Virus record (IMG/VR): IMGVR_UViG_3300043446_003158
Location: 64,001-128,000 of that record
Length of the DNA stretch: 64,000 nt
Source of the DNA: a virus
Strand: one strand, 5' to 3'
Part shown: positions 55,963 through 64,000 of the stretch, one piece after another
Position numbering within the stretch: the stretch's first letter is position 1
Layout: the number at the start of each line of letters is the position of its first letter
Translations under genes and position numbers: made by a program
The notes under the pieces: generated by a model
Databases searched by the model: none
Told to the model about the DNA's origin: nothing
The model's input: the letters and a program-made list of their open reading frames with translations, nothing else

Positions 55963-55975
55963 TTTAATTAATTTT

Positions 55976-56119
55976 TTAGATATTTATAAATGAAGAAGCG
56001 CCCCCTTGGAGGCGCTTCTTGAGTGCTTGGCGTCGTGCCTTTGCTTGTCGGAGTGCTTGAGGTTTAAGTTTCCTCTTCTGTTCCTTTTTGGAGTGGTGTT
56101 GCCAGTTGGGGGTGTTCAT
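55976..56119 (-). CDS. Small basic protein (not in ORF track)
   Basis: MNTPNWQHHSKKEQKRKLKPQALRQAKARRQALKKRLQGGASSFINI. Confidence 0.55.
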   Translation of the reverse strand: MNTPNWQHHSKKEQKRKLKPQALRQAKARRQALKKRLQGGASSFINI

Positions 56120-56120
56120 T

Positions 56121-56909
56121 TTAGGTTACGGCCCAGTCTATGACCGTGCGAATTTGTTGGTTGTAAGACCATACAGACTTTAGCATATCAGCATCCACTC
56201 CGTGGGTTTCCATTTGAACTATGAGGGAATTCAGATCTTTAGGGAAGCAGGTGCCACCAAATCCACGATCATTATCAAATCCAGGAACTTGAGTATGAGA
56301 TTGCCCAATTCTACTATCGGAAGTTACACCAGAACACACCGTATCATAATTCATCCCTACTGCTTCGCAGAGATCATACATTTTATTAAAGTATGCAACC
56401 TTCAGTGCTAGGAAACTATTGGCAAAATATTTAATTGCCTCACTTTCATCAGAAGTAGTTATAACACTTGGAATTTCTGGAAATATAGTTTTAAAGAAAT
56501 TTACAAATTGCTGACAAATATTTTTGTCTCCACCAACAACATTTCTTTCAGAATTTCTAAAATCCTCAACAGCATTTCTTGCAGTTAAAAATTCTGGATT
56601 ATGAATAACTTTATATTTTTTAGAATATTTTTTAGTAGTTCCAATAGGTACAGTTGATTTAATTACAAAAATACCATCAACAGTTTTTGGAAGATCTTTA
56701 AAAAAATTATCTAAAATTGAAAGATCACATTCTCCAGTACTTTTCATGGGAGTGGGGAGACAAACAAAAATAAATGCTTGTCTTAAAACTTCATCTAATG
56801 TATTGAAAGATTTATTTTTATCTACATCAAAAACTTTACAAGTTACTTTATCTCTTAAATTTTGATATACTGCATTTCCAACAAATCCATTTCCAATAAT
56901 TCCAATCAT
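56121..56909 (-). CDS. UDP-glucose/GDP-mannose dehydrogenase family protein lacking the C-terminal domain
   Basis: GNGFVG, VCLPTP, KSTVP, NPEFL, GFGGTCFPKD; only 262 aa. Confidence 0.8.
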   Translation of the reverse strand: MIGIIGNGFVGNAVYQNLRDKVTCKVFDVDKNKSFNTLDEVLRQAFIFVCLPTPMKSTGECDLSILDNFFKDLPKTVDGIFVIKSTVPIGTTKKYSKKYKVIHNPEFLTARNAVEDFRNSERNVVGGDKNICQQFVNFFKTIFPEIPSVITTSDESEAIKYFANSFLALKVAYFNKMYDLCEAVGMNYDTVCSGVTSDSRIGQSHTQVPGFDNDRGFGGTCFPKDLNSLIVQMETHGVDADMLKSVWSYNQQIRTVIDWAVT

Positions 56910-58618
56910 ACACTAATCCTACTAAATCCTTTTACTTTATCAAATTTTATCACATTTTCAAATTTATCGTGCAAATCTGTTTTATGAGAGATCACAAAGA
57001 TATTAGCATCTTTGATCACATAACGGATAATCTTAAGAAACTCATCAGTTCCGAATCCATCAAGCGATGAATCAAAGACCTCATCCATAATCAGCAGATT
57101 GGTATTGACGGAGTTTTTGACTCGGGCGACTTCTCTCCAAGTGAAGAGAAGGGCAAGGTCGATTCTCATTTTCTCACCCTCACTAAAGGAACTATAAGAA
57201 AAGTCTTCGTGAATGGGTGATTTTACTGTTTCATTAAATTCTTCATCCAGATGAAAATTAATATAAAAGTCCATCATCTGAAGATAACGATTCACCTGCT
57301 GATTTATGAACGGAAGATACTTCTTAATGATCTTCGTTTTAACGCCATCGTCCTTGAGTAAGGAATAGGCAAAATCGTAATAAACGATTTTTTGTTTTTT
57401 GTTTGAAAGGTCTTCTATTGTGTTTTGGAGATTAGTTTGAAATTCTTCTAGCTTCTCATGTTCAGTATTTCTGTTTGCAAGGTTTTTGGTAATAGTTTGA
57501 ATTTCAGATTCAAGTTCTCGTATTTGTCTCTGGTTGAGTGAAATGCGAGTATTGTTTTGAGAAATCTCATGGTTGAGTTTTGTAATCTCCTTGGAAAGAA
57601 CTGTAAATTGACGCTCTCGTTCTTTTTCTAATTCTATTGCCTCCTCAAGTTCTTGAAAACCTTTCTGGAGTTCCTTTGCTTTATTTTGAGCATCTACAAT
57701 TCTATTTAACCGAAATTCTTCTTCTATAGTTTGAGTGCAAGTAGGGCATACCGTATTTTCAGTAAAAAACTTATGCTCTTTGGTAATAGTAAATACTTTT
57801 TGAGATAATTTCCCCTTTAAATTGTTAAGCTTTACTAACTTTTCTTCTGCACCAATAACTTCTTCTTGCTCTTTAATGTACTTAAAAATACTTTCTTCAA
57901 TAACAGAATTATCTGTCATATAAACACCAACTTCATTATCTAAATTGGCAATCTTTTCTTTATTGGCATTTATATTGGCATTTCCACGATTCTCAAGTTC
58001 TTCAATAAAATCTTGTTGCATTTTAATTTTGTCTTTAAAATTTTCTTTTGCAACATTTAAAGATTTAATTTCATCCTTTTGAGCACGAATTTTATCTTTG
58101 ACAATATTATTCATCGCAGAAAAAATACGAATATCTAAAAGATCTTCAATTACCTCACGTCGATTTGCAGAAGTCAACTGCATAAAAGGAACAAATGCAC
58201 TACTTCCCAAAATTACAATCTGGGTAAAAGATTTATAATTTACTTTAAGAATATTCTCTTCAAGAATTCTTTGATTAGCACGATCATCCGCTTCTTTGTG
58301 AAGAGGTTGACCATTTACTTCAATATCAAAAACATTTGGTTTAATTCCACGGCGAACCAAATAATCTCTACCATTAACAGAAAATTCAATTTCAACTAAA
58401 CAATCTTTTTCGTTTACAGTATTGACTAACTGTGGTTTATTAATTTTACGAAAAGGTTTATTAAAAAGAACAAACGTAAGAGCATCAAGGATTGTAGACT
58501 TTCCTGCTCCGTTTGTTCCAATAATTAAATTTGTATTGTTTGATTCTAAATTAACTTCAGTAAATTGATTTCCAGTTGAAAGAAAATTTTTCCACTTGAT
58601 TTTATGAAATACTAACAT
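56906..58618 (-). CDS. gp46: Recombination endonuclease subunit (Rad50/SbcC-like, T4 gp46)
   Basis: GTNGAGKS, CPTC hook, FSEGEK, MDEVFD, SH. Confidence 0.95.
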   Translation of the reverse strand: MLVFHKIKWKNFLSTGNQFTEVNLESNNTNLIIGTNGAGKSTILDALTFVLFNKPFRKINKPQLVNTVNEKDCLVEIEFSVNGRDYLVRRGIKPNVFDIEVNGQPLHKEADDRANQRILEENILKVNYKSFTQIVILGSSAFVPFMQLTSANRREVIEDLLDIRIFSAMNNIVKDKIRAQKDEIKSLNVAKENFKDKIKMQQDFIEELENRGNANINANKEKIANLDNEVGVYMTDNSVIEESIFKYIKEQEEVIGAEEKLVKLNNLKGKLSQKVFTITKEHKFFTENTVCPTCTQTIEEEFRLNRIVDAQNKAKELQKGFQELEEAIELEKERERQFTVLSKEITKLNHEISQNNTRISLNQRQIRELESEIQTITKNLANRNTEHEKLEEFQTNLQNTIEDLSNKKQKIVYYDFAYSLLKDDGVKTKIIKKYLPFINQQVNRYLQMMDFYINFHLDEEFNETVKSPIHEDFSYSSFSEGEKMRIDLALLFTWREVARVKNSVNTNLLIMDEVFDSSLDGFGTDEFLKIIRYVIKDANIFVISHKTDLHDKFENVIKFDKVKGFSRISV

Positions 58619-58871
58619 TTTTAGGGGGAATTACGATATCGTCAGGAGTAATTACAGCGTATTTGTAATTATACATCTTGCAAGTTTTTATTGCAAGTTC
58701 GTCGTCAACCTCAACAACGTCCATCTCTGTTTCTTCTTGATCTTCAAGCATCAAAGCATAACGTGTTGCATCATCCTCTTCTTCAAAAAGAAATAAAACT
58801 TTTTGACCGTACTGATCTTGTACGGCATATGCTCCGTCGTCTTTTTTATCTTTTAGAGTTAAAAGAAACAT
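58602..58871 (-). CDS. Conserved hypothetical protein
   Basis: 89-aa ORF between gp47 and gp46. Confidence 0.7.
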   Translation of the reverse strand: MFLLTLKDKKDDGAYAVQDQYGQKVLFLFEEEDDATRYALMLEDQEETEMDVVEVDDELAIKTCKMYNYKYAVITPDDIVIPPKNVSIS

Positions 58872-59909
58872 TTACTCTACTTCGCAAGCTTGCTGGTATA
58901 AATCTTGAAAAATTTCTTTAATAATTGTTTTATCAAATTGAAATTCAGATTCATCAATATACCGATTAAGAATTGAAATTGTACTTTCTTCTTCTTCAAT
59001 TTGAAAATCTTCATTTTCTATAATATCAAAGTTTTCTACAATTTTAAGTTCTTGAACTTTTGCAGAATAAAGTTTATCAATAAATTTTTCAAAATCTTTT
59101 GGTTTAGATTTTTTACGAACAATCACTTTAACAATTTTATCTTCATACTCCGTAGCATCAAATAATTGATAAGGAGTATCTTCATAATAAATGTTATAAA
59201 ATAATTTATAAGGATTGTTAATTGGAGTATGAGTAAGGGTTTCCGTATCAAAAATATGAAATCCTCGCGTATCGTTTACATCCGTCCAATACATTTCATA
59301 AGGATTACCGAGATAGAAGATACTTCCATTATCAGAACGAGTGTGGTAATGACCAGAAAATACCTTTTTGAACTTTGAAAAAATAGTCGAGTCCAGTCCA
59401 TGATCCTCCATAACAAGATTGCGATTTACCCGAAAACCTTGAAACTCAAGGTGTCCCATAGCAATTTTTGCTCTTGTTTTTTCAATATGATTTAAAGTTT
59501 CGTCATAGTTTTCACTACAAATCCAGGGAACCATCATGATGTTTAGACCACCAACATTAATGGTTTGAGGAGAACTATAAGTTTTAATATTTGGATAAGT
59601 TTGAAGAAGCAAACTTGGAGAATTGACAGTATTCGTATTTTTATAGTAACAATCATGATTACCAATAATCATGTGAACCTCATAGTTCCGCAGAGGTTCA
59701 AATACAACTCTCTTTGCCCATTCAAGACTTTGGTAATCAATTGATTTGCGACTATCAAAAGCATCACCCATATGAATGACTGCTTCTACCCCGTGTTCTT
59801 TTAAAGCAGGGAAAAATACATTCTTATAAAAGAGTTCAAAATAATCGTGGAGATATTTTGACCCTTTACGAGCACCATAATGGGTATCTGTAATGATGGC
59901 AACCTTCAT
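58872..59909 (-). CDS. gp47: Recombination endonuclease subunit (Mre11/SbcD-like, T4 gp47)
   Basis: DTHYG, MGDAFD, GNHD, GHL, SGHYH. Confidence 0.95.
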   Translation of the reverse strand: MKVAIITDTHYGARKGSKYLHDYFELFYKNVFFPALKEHGVEAVIHMGDAFDSRKSIDYQSLEWAKRVVFEPLRNYEVHMIIGNHDCYYKNTNTVNSPSLLLQTYPNIKTYSSPQTINVGGLNIMMVPWICSENYDETLNHIEKTRAKIAMGHLEFQGFRVNRNLVMEDHGLDSTIFSKFKKVFSGHYHTRSDNGSIFYLGNPYEMYWTDVNDTRGFHIFDTETLTHTPINNPYKLFYNIYYEDTPYQLFDATEYEDKIVKVIVRKKSKPKDFEKFIDKLYSAKVQELKIVENFDIIENEDFQIEEEESTISILNRYIDESEFQFDKTIIKEIFQDLYQQACEVE

Positions 59910-60379
59910 CGGGTTTTATATTGGATGTTGTCTTTGATGGTATTATAGTCACTGCTGGTACCAAAAAGCAAGCCCTCATCCACCATCATCACTTCATCAA
60001 AACCACTTCTCTCAATAATTTTAGATTTTATTTCTAATTGCTTCTTTTCTTTTTGAATTCTTCTCAAAAAAGCATAATGAATGATTTGGGTAAAGTAGGC
60101 AAATGGATTACTACTTTTATTTGGATCAAAATTATGAATATACTGAATACAATTTTCTACGCCATCCGAAATCATATCCTCACGAAACATATAATTCACA
60201 AAATTTGGTTTATATGATAAGTGGGTTGCAATTTTCAAAAAGCAATCTCCCAAATAATTTGATATTTGAGGTTTTGCCATTCCATTTTCTTTGGACTTAA
60301 TATATTTTTGACGATAAACAATAAGTTCTTCTAATAATTGCTTATTATTTACATAATGCTCTGATTTCTTTTTGGACAT
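59906..60379 (-). CDS. gp55: Late transcription sigma factor (T4 gp55-like)
   Basis: HYVNN, HLSYKPNF, MISDGVENC, NPFAYFTQI. Confidence 0.93.
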   Translation of the reverse strand: MSKKKSEHYVNNKQLLEELIVYRQKYIKSKENGMAKPQISNYLGDCFLKIATHLSYKPNFVNYMFREDMISDGVENCIQYIHNFDPNKSSNPFAYFTQIIHYAFLRRIQKEKKQLEIKSKIIERSGFDEVMMVDEGLLFGTSSDYNTIKDNIQYKTR

Positions 60380-60446
60380 AACATTGCTTTTTTAAATTAA
60401 AAATATTAATTACTATTATATCATCATTTTTAAATATTTTAAACTC

Positions 60447-60475
60447 TTGACAAATCTCTTGAAAATGAGTAGAAT
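60447..60475 (+). promoter_or_regulatory. Sigma70-type promoter on the + strand, antisense to the local operon
   Basis: TTGACA-aatctcttgaaaatgag(17)-TAGAAT. Confidence 0.7.
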
Positions 60476-60501
60476 GCCTTTGTTAGGTTTGAAGATGAGA
60501 T

Positions 60502-60921
60502 CTAGCTTTCTTTATGATCTTTATTATTTTTAAATATATTTTCTAGTTTTTTACGAGCTTCTTCTACTGACGAAAGATATCCCATTCTGTCGGATAGTTT
60601 AACTTTACCACTTTGAGTGGTTACTGGCATTTCTTCATCATCACTTTCAATATAATTATTATAACAATTTATTACTAGTTGATTATTAACTTCTGTCATA
60701 GTAATAATTTTATCTAATCTAATAATAAAAAAATCATCAGATGGTATTTCCATCCATGGTTTTATTTTTATCATTTGACCAGAATGATTTGTAATAACTT
60801 TAATTACAACTGGATTTTGCAACACTACAATAGGATCTCCATCATTTTCATCAATTGATACTAATGAAAATATTTCTTCTCCACTAACTAATTTAATGCT
60901 GCTATAGAACTCTTCTCCCAT
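60502..60921 (-). CDS. Conserved Sm-like-fold hypothetical protein
   Basis: SIKLVSGEEIFS, IKPWM. Confidence 0.75.
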   Translation of the reverse strand: MGEEFYSSIKLVSGEEIFSLVSIDENDGDPIVVLQNPVVIKVITNHSGQMIKIKPWMEIPSDDFFIIRLDKIITMTEVNNQLVINCYNNYIESDDEEMPVTTQSGKVKLSDRMGYLSSVEEARKKLENIFKNNKDHKES

Positions 60922-62384
60922 TAGTTTTTAATCGGTATGTTTACAATATCGTAGTTAAAATTTTCTTCGTTATAAACTTTAATTCTTTCTATTAAATGAT
61001 TGAGTGTATAATTTTTTCTTGATTTATAACTGATATCATCAGCAATATCATATAAAGTTGCTTTTGTTTTGTTGTCGCTTTTTCTTAAGACTCTTCCGAT
61101 TGATTGGAGGTTTCTGATTCTTGATTTACTAGGGGAAGCAAAGATAACATTATGTAGATTTCTGATGTTAATACCAGTAGAAAAAGTACCGTAAGAAGCA
61201 ACGATGATTGCATTATTTTCCTTTTCAGTAATTTCTCTGACTTGTTCTCGGTCTTCAGTATCCACACCACCATGAACAAAAAATACATGGCGATTATCTG
61301 TGATGCTACTATTTATGAGTTCGTATAATGGTTGTCCATGACCTTCAACTCTTGAAAAAAGAATTAAAGTATTACCCTTAAGATCAAGAGCAAGATTGCG
61401 AATAAACTTGTTTCTACGTTCATGATTAATAATATATTGAACTTCTTCTTCAAAAGTTTCAAATTTATTTGGTGGGTGTTTCAATAGAAGAATATTAATA
61501 TCTAACTTTGCAACGTGACCTTTCTGCATCAACTCATCAGTACGAATAATTTTATAAGAAGGTCCAAATAATCCTTCTAAAACCCATTTATGAGTTTGAG
61601 ATCCATCAAGAGTTCCAGTAAAACCGTAACGATATTTTGCATCAGAAAGTTTTGTCATTATAGATACTAATGACTTTGATTTAAACTGGTGTGCTTCATC
61701 TCCAACAACCACATTAAATCTTGAAAAGTATTGACGGGGAAGTTTGTAGATAGACTGCCAGGTTGTAATGATGACCTGTGAGTCTGTTTCTCTTTCTTTA
61801 CCCGCATATATCTTGTGGCAAAATGAACCAACATCCCACCCATAATCTGCAAAATCTTTATACATCTGCTCTACAAGGGATGTCGTTGGAACGACTATCA
61901 ACGTATTTTGCCCTTTCTCAACGTAATATCTCACAATTGAGTATATCATCAGAGACTTTCCAGAAGCAGTTGGAGATATCAACAACTTTCTATTATGTCT
62001 TAAAGCGTCGTATACTCCCTCAACTTGGTACTCGCGGGGAGAATACTTGCAGATAGAATTCATGTAATCTTTGACACCTTCCTTTGAAATCATGTCATTA
62101 ATTTCAAAAGGAAGACCATAGAATTTATTGTTTATAAATTCATAAGTATAATTATGATTTTCACAAAATCTTATCAGTTTATCTAATAACCCAACATATA
62201 TTTCTCCAGTTTGGGTATTAAATAAACGAATTTTTCCATCCCAGTATTTGTTGCGAAACTGGGGCATAAACTTTGCGCCTGGTACATCAAAGGTAAACTG
62301 ATCTTGAAGTTCGTAATAAACGTGAGGTTCTGCCTTTACCTGAAGATATACTTCATTCTTTTTTGAGATAATCAAATGAGTCAT
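60921..62384 (-). CDS. uvsW: SF2 DNA helicase UvsW
   Basis: PTASGKS, DEAH, TGT, STGINI, QSIGRVLR. Confidence 0.95.
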   Translation of the reverse strand: MTHLIISKKNEVYLQVKAEPHVYYELQDQFTFDVPGAKFMPQFRNKYWDGKIRLFNTQTGEIYVGLLDKLIRFCENHNYTYEFINNKFYGLPFEINDMISKEGVKDYMNSICKYSPREYQVEGVYDALRHNRKLLISPTASGKSLMIYSIVRYYVEKGQNTLIVVPTTSLVEQMYKDFADYGWDVGSFCHKIYAGKERETDSQVIITTWQSIYKLPRQYFSRFNVVVGDEAHQFKSKSLVSIMTKLSDAKYRYGFTGTLDGSQTHKWVLEGLFGPSYKIIRTDELMQKGHVAKLDINILLLKHPPNKFETFEEEVQYIINHERRNKFIRNLALDLKGNTLILFSRVEGHGQPLYELINSSITDNRHVFFVHGGVDTEDREQVREITEKENNAIIVASYGTFSTGINIRNLHNVIFASPSKSRIRNLQSIGRVLRKSDNKTKATLYDIADDISYKSRKNYTLNHLIERIKVYNEENFNYDIVNIPIKN

Positions 62385-62418
62385 ATACCCATAATATTAC
62401 TTATGAGTATTTATTTGC

Positions 62419-62850
62419 TTAATTAAAACCTGCTTGGAACCTGTGCCATTCAATTGCGTTCTTGATTTGGAAAGTTCTATTTGAAATTGTTTTTATAATT
62501 TCTTCAAGAAACTTAAGCATAATATCATAATATCTAATTTTAAGATCTATTTTATTTAATCTTTCGTCGGCATCCATATGCCTCTGTAATGCTTCTTTTT
62601 CTCTAACCTTATATGGGAAAGGATCTTCCACGTAAACCTCTGCTGGTGCCTTTCCTGTGTAGTAATTGTAGCGTTCTAAACGGACTTTATTATAAGTTTC
62701 TCTTGCTTTTTCTCTCAAAAGAGTTATTGTATTATAAACTGTATAATATTTTGAATGTAGTTGGGGAATTTTTAAAGATTCGTCGTGTAAATTATCAGGA
62801 TCAATTACAGAATCTTTTTCCCACATTTCCTGAATTTGTTCAAGATTCAT
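62419..62850 (-). CDS. uvsY: Recombination mediator UvsY
   Basis: ESLKIPQLHSKY, YYTGKA, FQIKNAIEW; canonical position. Confidence 0.9.
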   Translation of the reverse strand: MNLEQIQEMWEKDSVIDPDNLHDESLKIPQLHSKYYTVYNTITLLREKARETYNKVRLERYNYYTGKAPAEVYVEDPFPYKVREKEALQRHMDADERLNKIDLKIRYYDIMLKFLEEIIKTISNRTFQIKNAIEWHRFQAGFN

Positions 62851-63395
62851 AATAGTTTATTATCTTTATCAAATATATTGTACATAGTATACTTGAAAGT
62901 TGCTTCTGCTGTAAAGTAATTAATATCATTATCAGTTGCCTCAAATTCTAACGAAGTTAAAGAAACTGGATATAAACCTCTAAAAACAACATTTGCAGTT
63001 GTTCTATAGTTGCTGTTTAGTATCTGTAAAGTTCCATTACTAAATTGTAATTTTGGATCTTCCATTCCATTTTCATCTGTGATTAATTTTTTAAATTGTT
63101 CATGATTTTCTGGAAATCCTAATCCAGTTATCCAATTATGAATCGCCATATAATTGGACATATCTTCATCAACAAGAAATCTTAAATAAAAATCACCATA
63201 TTCAATTTGATCACCTGGAATATCAATAGATTTAAAATAATTACTTTGTACTGCTGTATTTAATGTAATATCTGGAATTCTGCAACCATTAGAGAAAAAA
63301 GAAACTTTTTGATATTTTTGTAGAGTAAATTTAAATCCTACTGGTGATAAAAAGTTTCTATTTTGTATCTGATTACTAAAAACAGTATTCGCCAT
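62847..63395 (-). CDS. gp3: Tail tube terminator/completion protein (T4 gp3-like)
   Basis: FLSPVGFKF, FLVDEDMSNY, LYPVSL; position after gp23. Confidence 0.8.
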   Translation of the reverse strand: MANTVFSNQIQNRNFLSPVGFKFTLQKYQKVSFFSNGCRIPDITLNTAVQSNYFKSIDIPGDQIEYGDFYLRFLVDEDMSNYMAIHNWITGLGFPENHEQFKKLITDENGMEDPKLQFSNGTLQILNSNYRTTANVVFRGLYPVSLTSLEFEATDNDINYFTAEATFKYTMYNIFDKDNKLL

Positions 63396-63413
63396 TTTTA
63401 TTTTTATTTAGAT

Positions 63414-63439
63414 AAAAAAAGAGGGTCCGAAGACCCTCT
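63414..63439 (-). terminator. gp23 intrinsic terminator
   Basis: AGAGGGTC-TTCG-GACCCTCT-TTTTTT followed by CTAAATA. Confidence 0.85.
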
Positions 63440-63458
63440 GGAAATATGTGGCAATTGC

Positions 63459-64000
63459 TCACATGAGGTTGAGAACCTGTACTCTTCTGTAGTAGCGGTT
63501 GCTATTAACAGTAAGTCTACCAAGACCCTGGGTTGTTCCTTCAGCAAATGGGTTAGCAACAAGACCGTAACGGGTTTTAAAGCCAATCTTGGGCTGGAAG
63601 GTGTTCTCACCAACGGCACGAACCATTTGGAGAGGAACATATGGGCAATAGAAGAGACCAGCGTCATAAGGTGAAGAACCCTTATAACCAACAACGTAAT
63701 ACTGACCACCAGAAGCACCTGGGTTTGAACCACCCGAATATGGGTCAATATATACGCGATACTTACCTTGGAGAACACCAGCGAAGGTGTTGCCAGTGTC
63801 ATCAACCTGAAGGTTAGCGTTAAGAGCTGGGGTGTAATCAAGAACGCCTGCCATGGTGAGTGCCGAAGCAACGTCAGCAGAGCAAAGGATCATGTTACCC
63901 TTTCCTCTACGAGTCTCAACTGCGATTGCGTTAGCATCACGCTCGATTTGGAAGATAAGACCCTTAAACTTCTCAACAGACCAACGACCGTTTGAGTCAA
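63459..64000 (-). CDS. gp23: Major capsid protein, C-terminal part (continues beyond the window)
   Basis: YDAGLFYCPYVPLQM, FQPKIGFKTRYG, YYRRV. Confidence 0.95.
   Translation of the reverse strand, partial: DSNGRWSVEKFKGLIFQIERDANAIAVETRRGKGNMILCSADVASALTMAGVLDYTPALNANLQVDDTGNTFAGVLQGKYRVYIDPYSGGSNPGASGGQYYVVGYKGSSPYDAGLFYCPYVPLQMVRAVGENTFQPKIGFKTRYGLVANPFAEGTTQGLGRLTVNSNRYYRRVQVLNLM

Noticed and set aside
63404-63871. 155-aa alternative-frame ORF over gp23
   Set aside because: Same-strand frame shadow of the capsid gene that runs through its terminator; no features of a real protein

Overview
A 64-kb segment of an AT-rich T4-like cyanobacterial myovirus (cyanomyovirus, probably freshwater type). 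Almost everything is on the minus strand. Read in transcription order (right to left), it holds: the 3' end of major capsid gene gp23, then gp3-uvsY-uvsW-gp55-gp47-gp46; a CobS/MoxR-like AAA+ ATPase with a vWA-metallopeptidase partner; the replication core (gp45, gp44, dam, gp62, regA, hsp20, gp43, uvsX, gp41, mazG, gp61, nrdA, nrdB); ten tRNA genes with several unexplained structured RNAs between them; a ~13-kb glycan synthesis island (gmd, fcl/colC, colD-type dehydratase, GT11, two GT6, two GT25-like, glf, DUF3431-like proteins); auxiliary metabolic genes (two hli, petF, peroxiredoxin, dps, six 2OG-Fe(II)-oxygenase-like genes); and a lysis-like cassette. The strongest leads are a kissing-loop ncRNA candidate and neighbouring structured RNAs in the tRNA operon, a phage GDP-colitose pathway with blood-group-type transferases, a 21-bp operator-like palindrome at three promoters, terminators fused to promoters, a consensus antisense sigma70 promoter beside gp55, and T4-type capsid-targeting leaders on unannotated proteins. 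All calls come from motif reading and recall; no database searches or folding programs were run.
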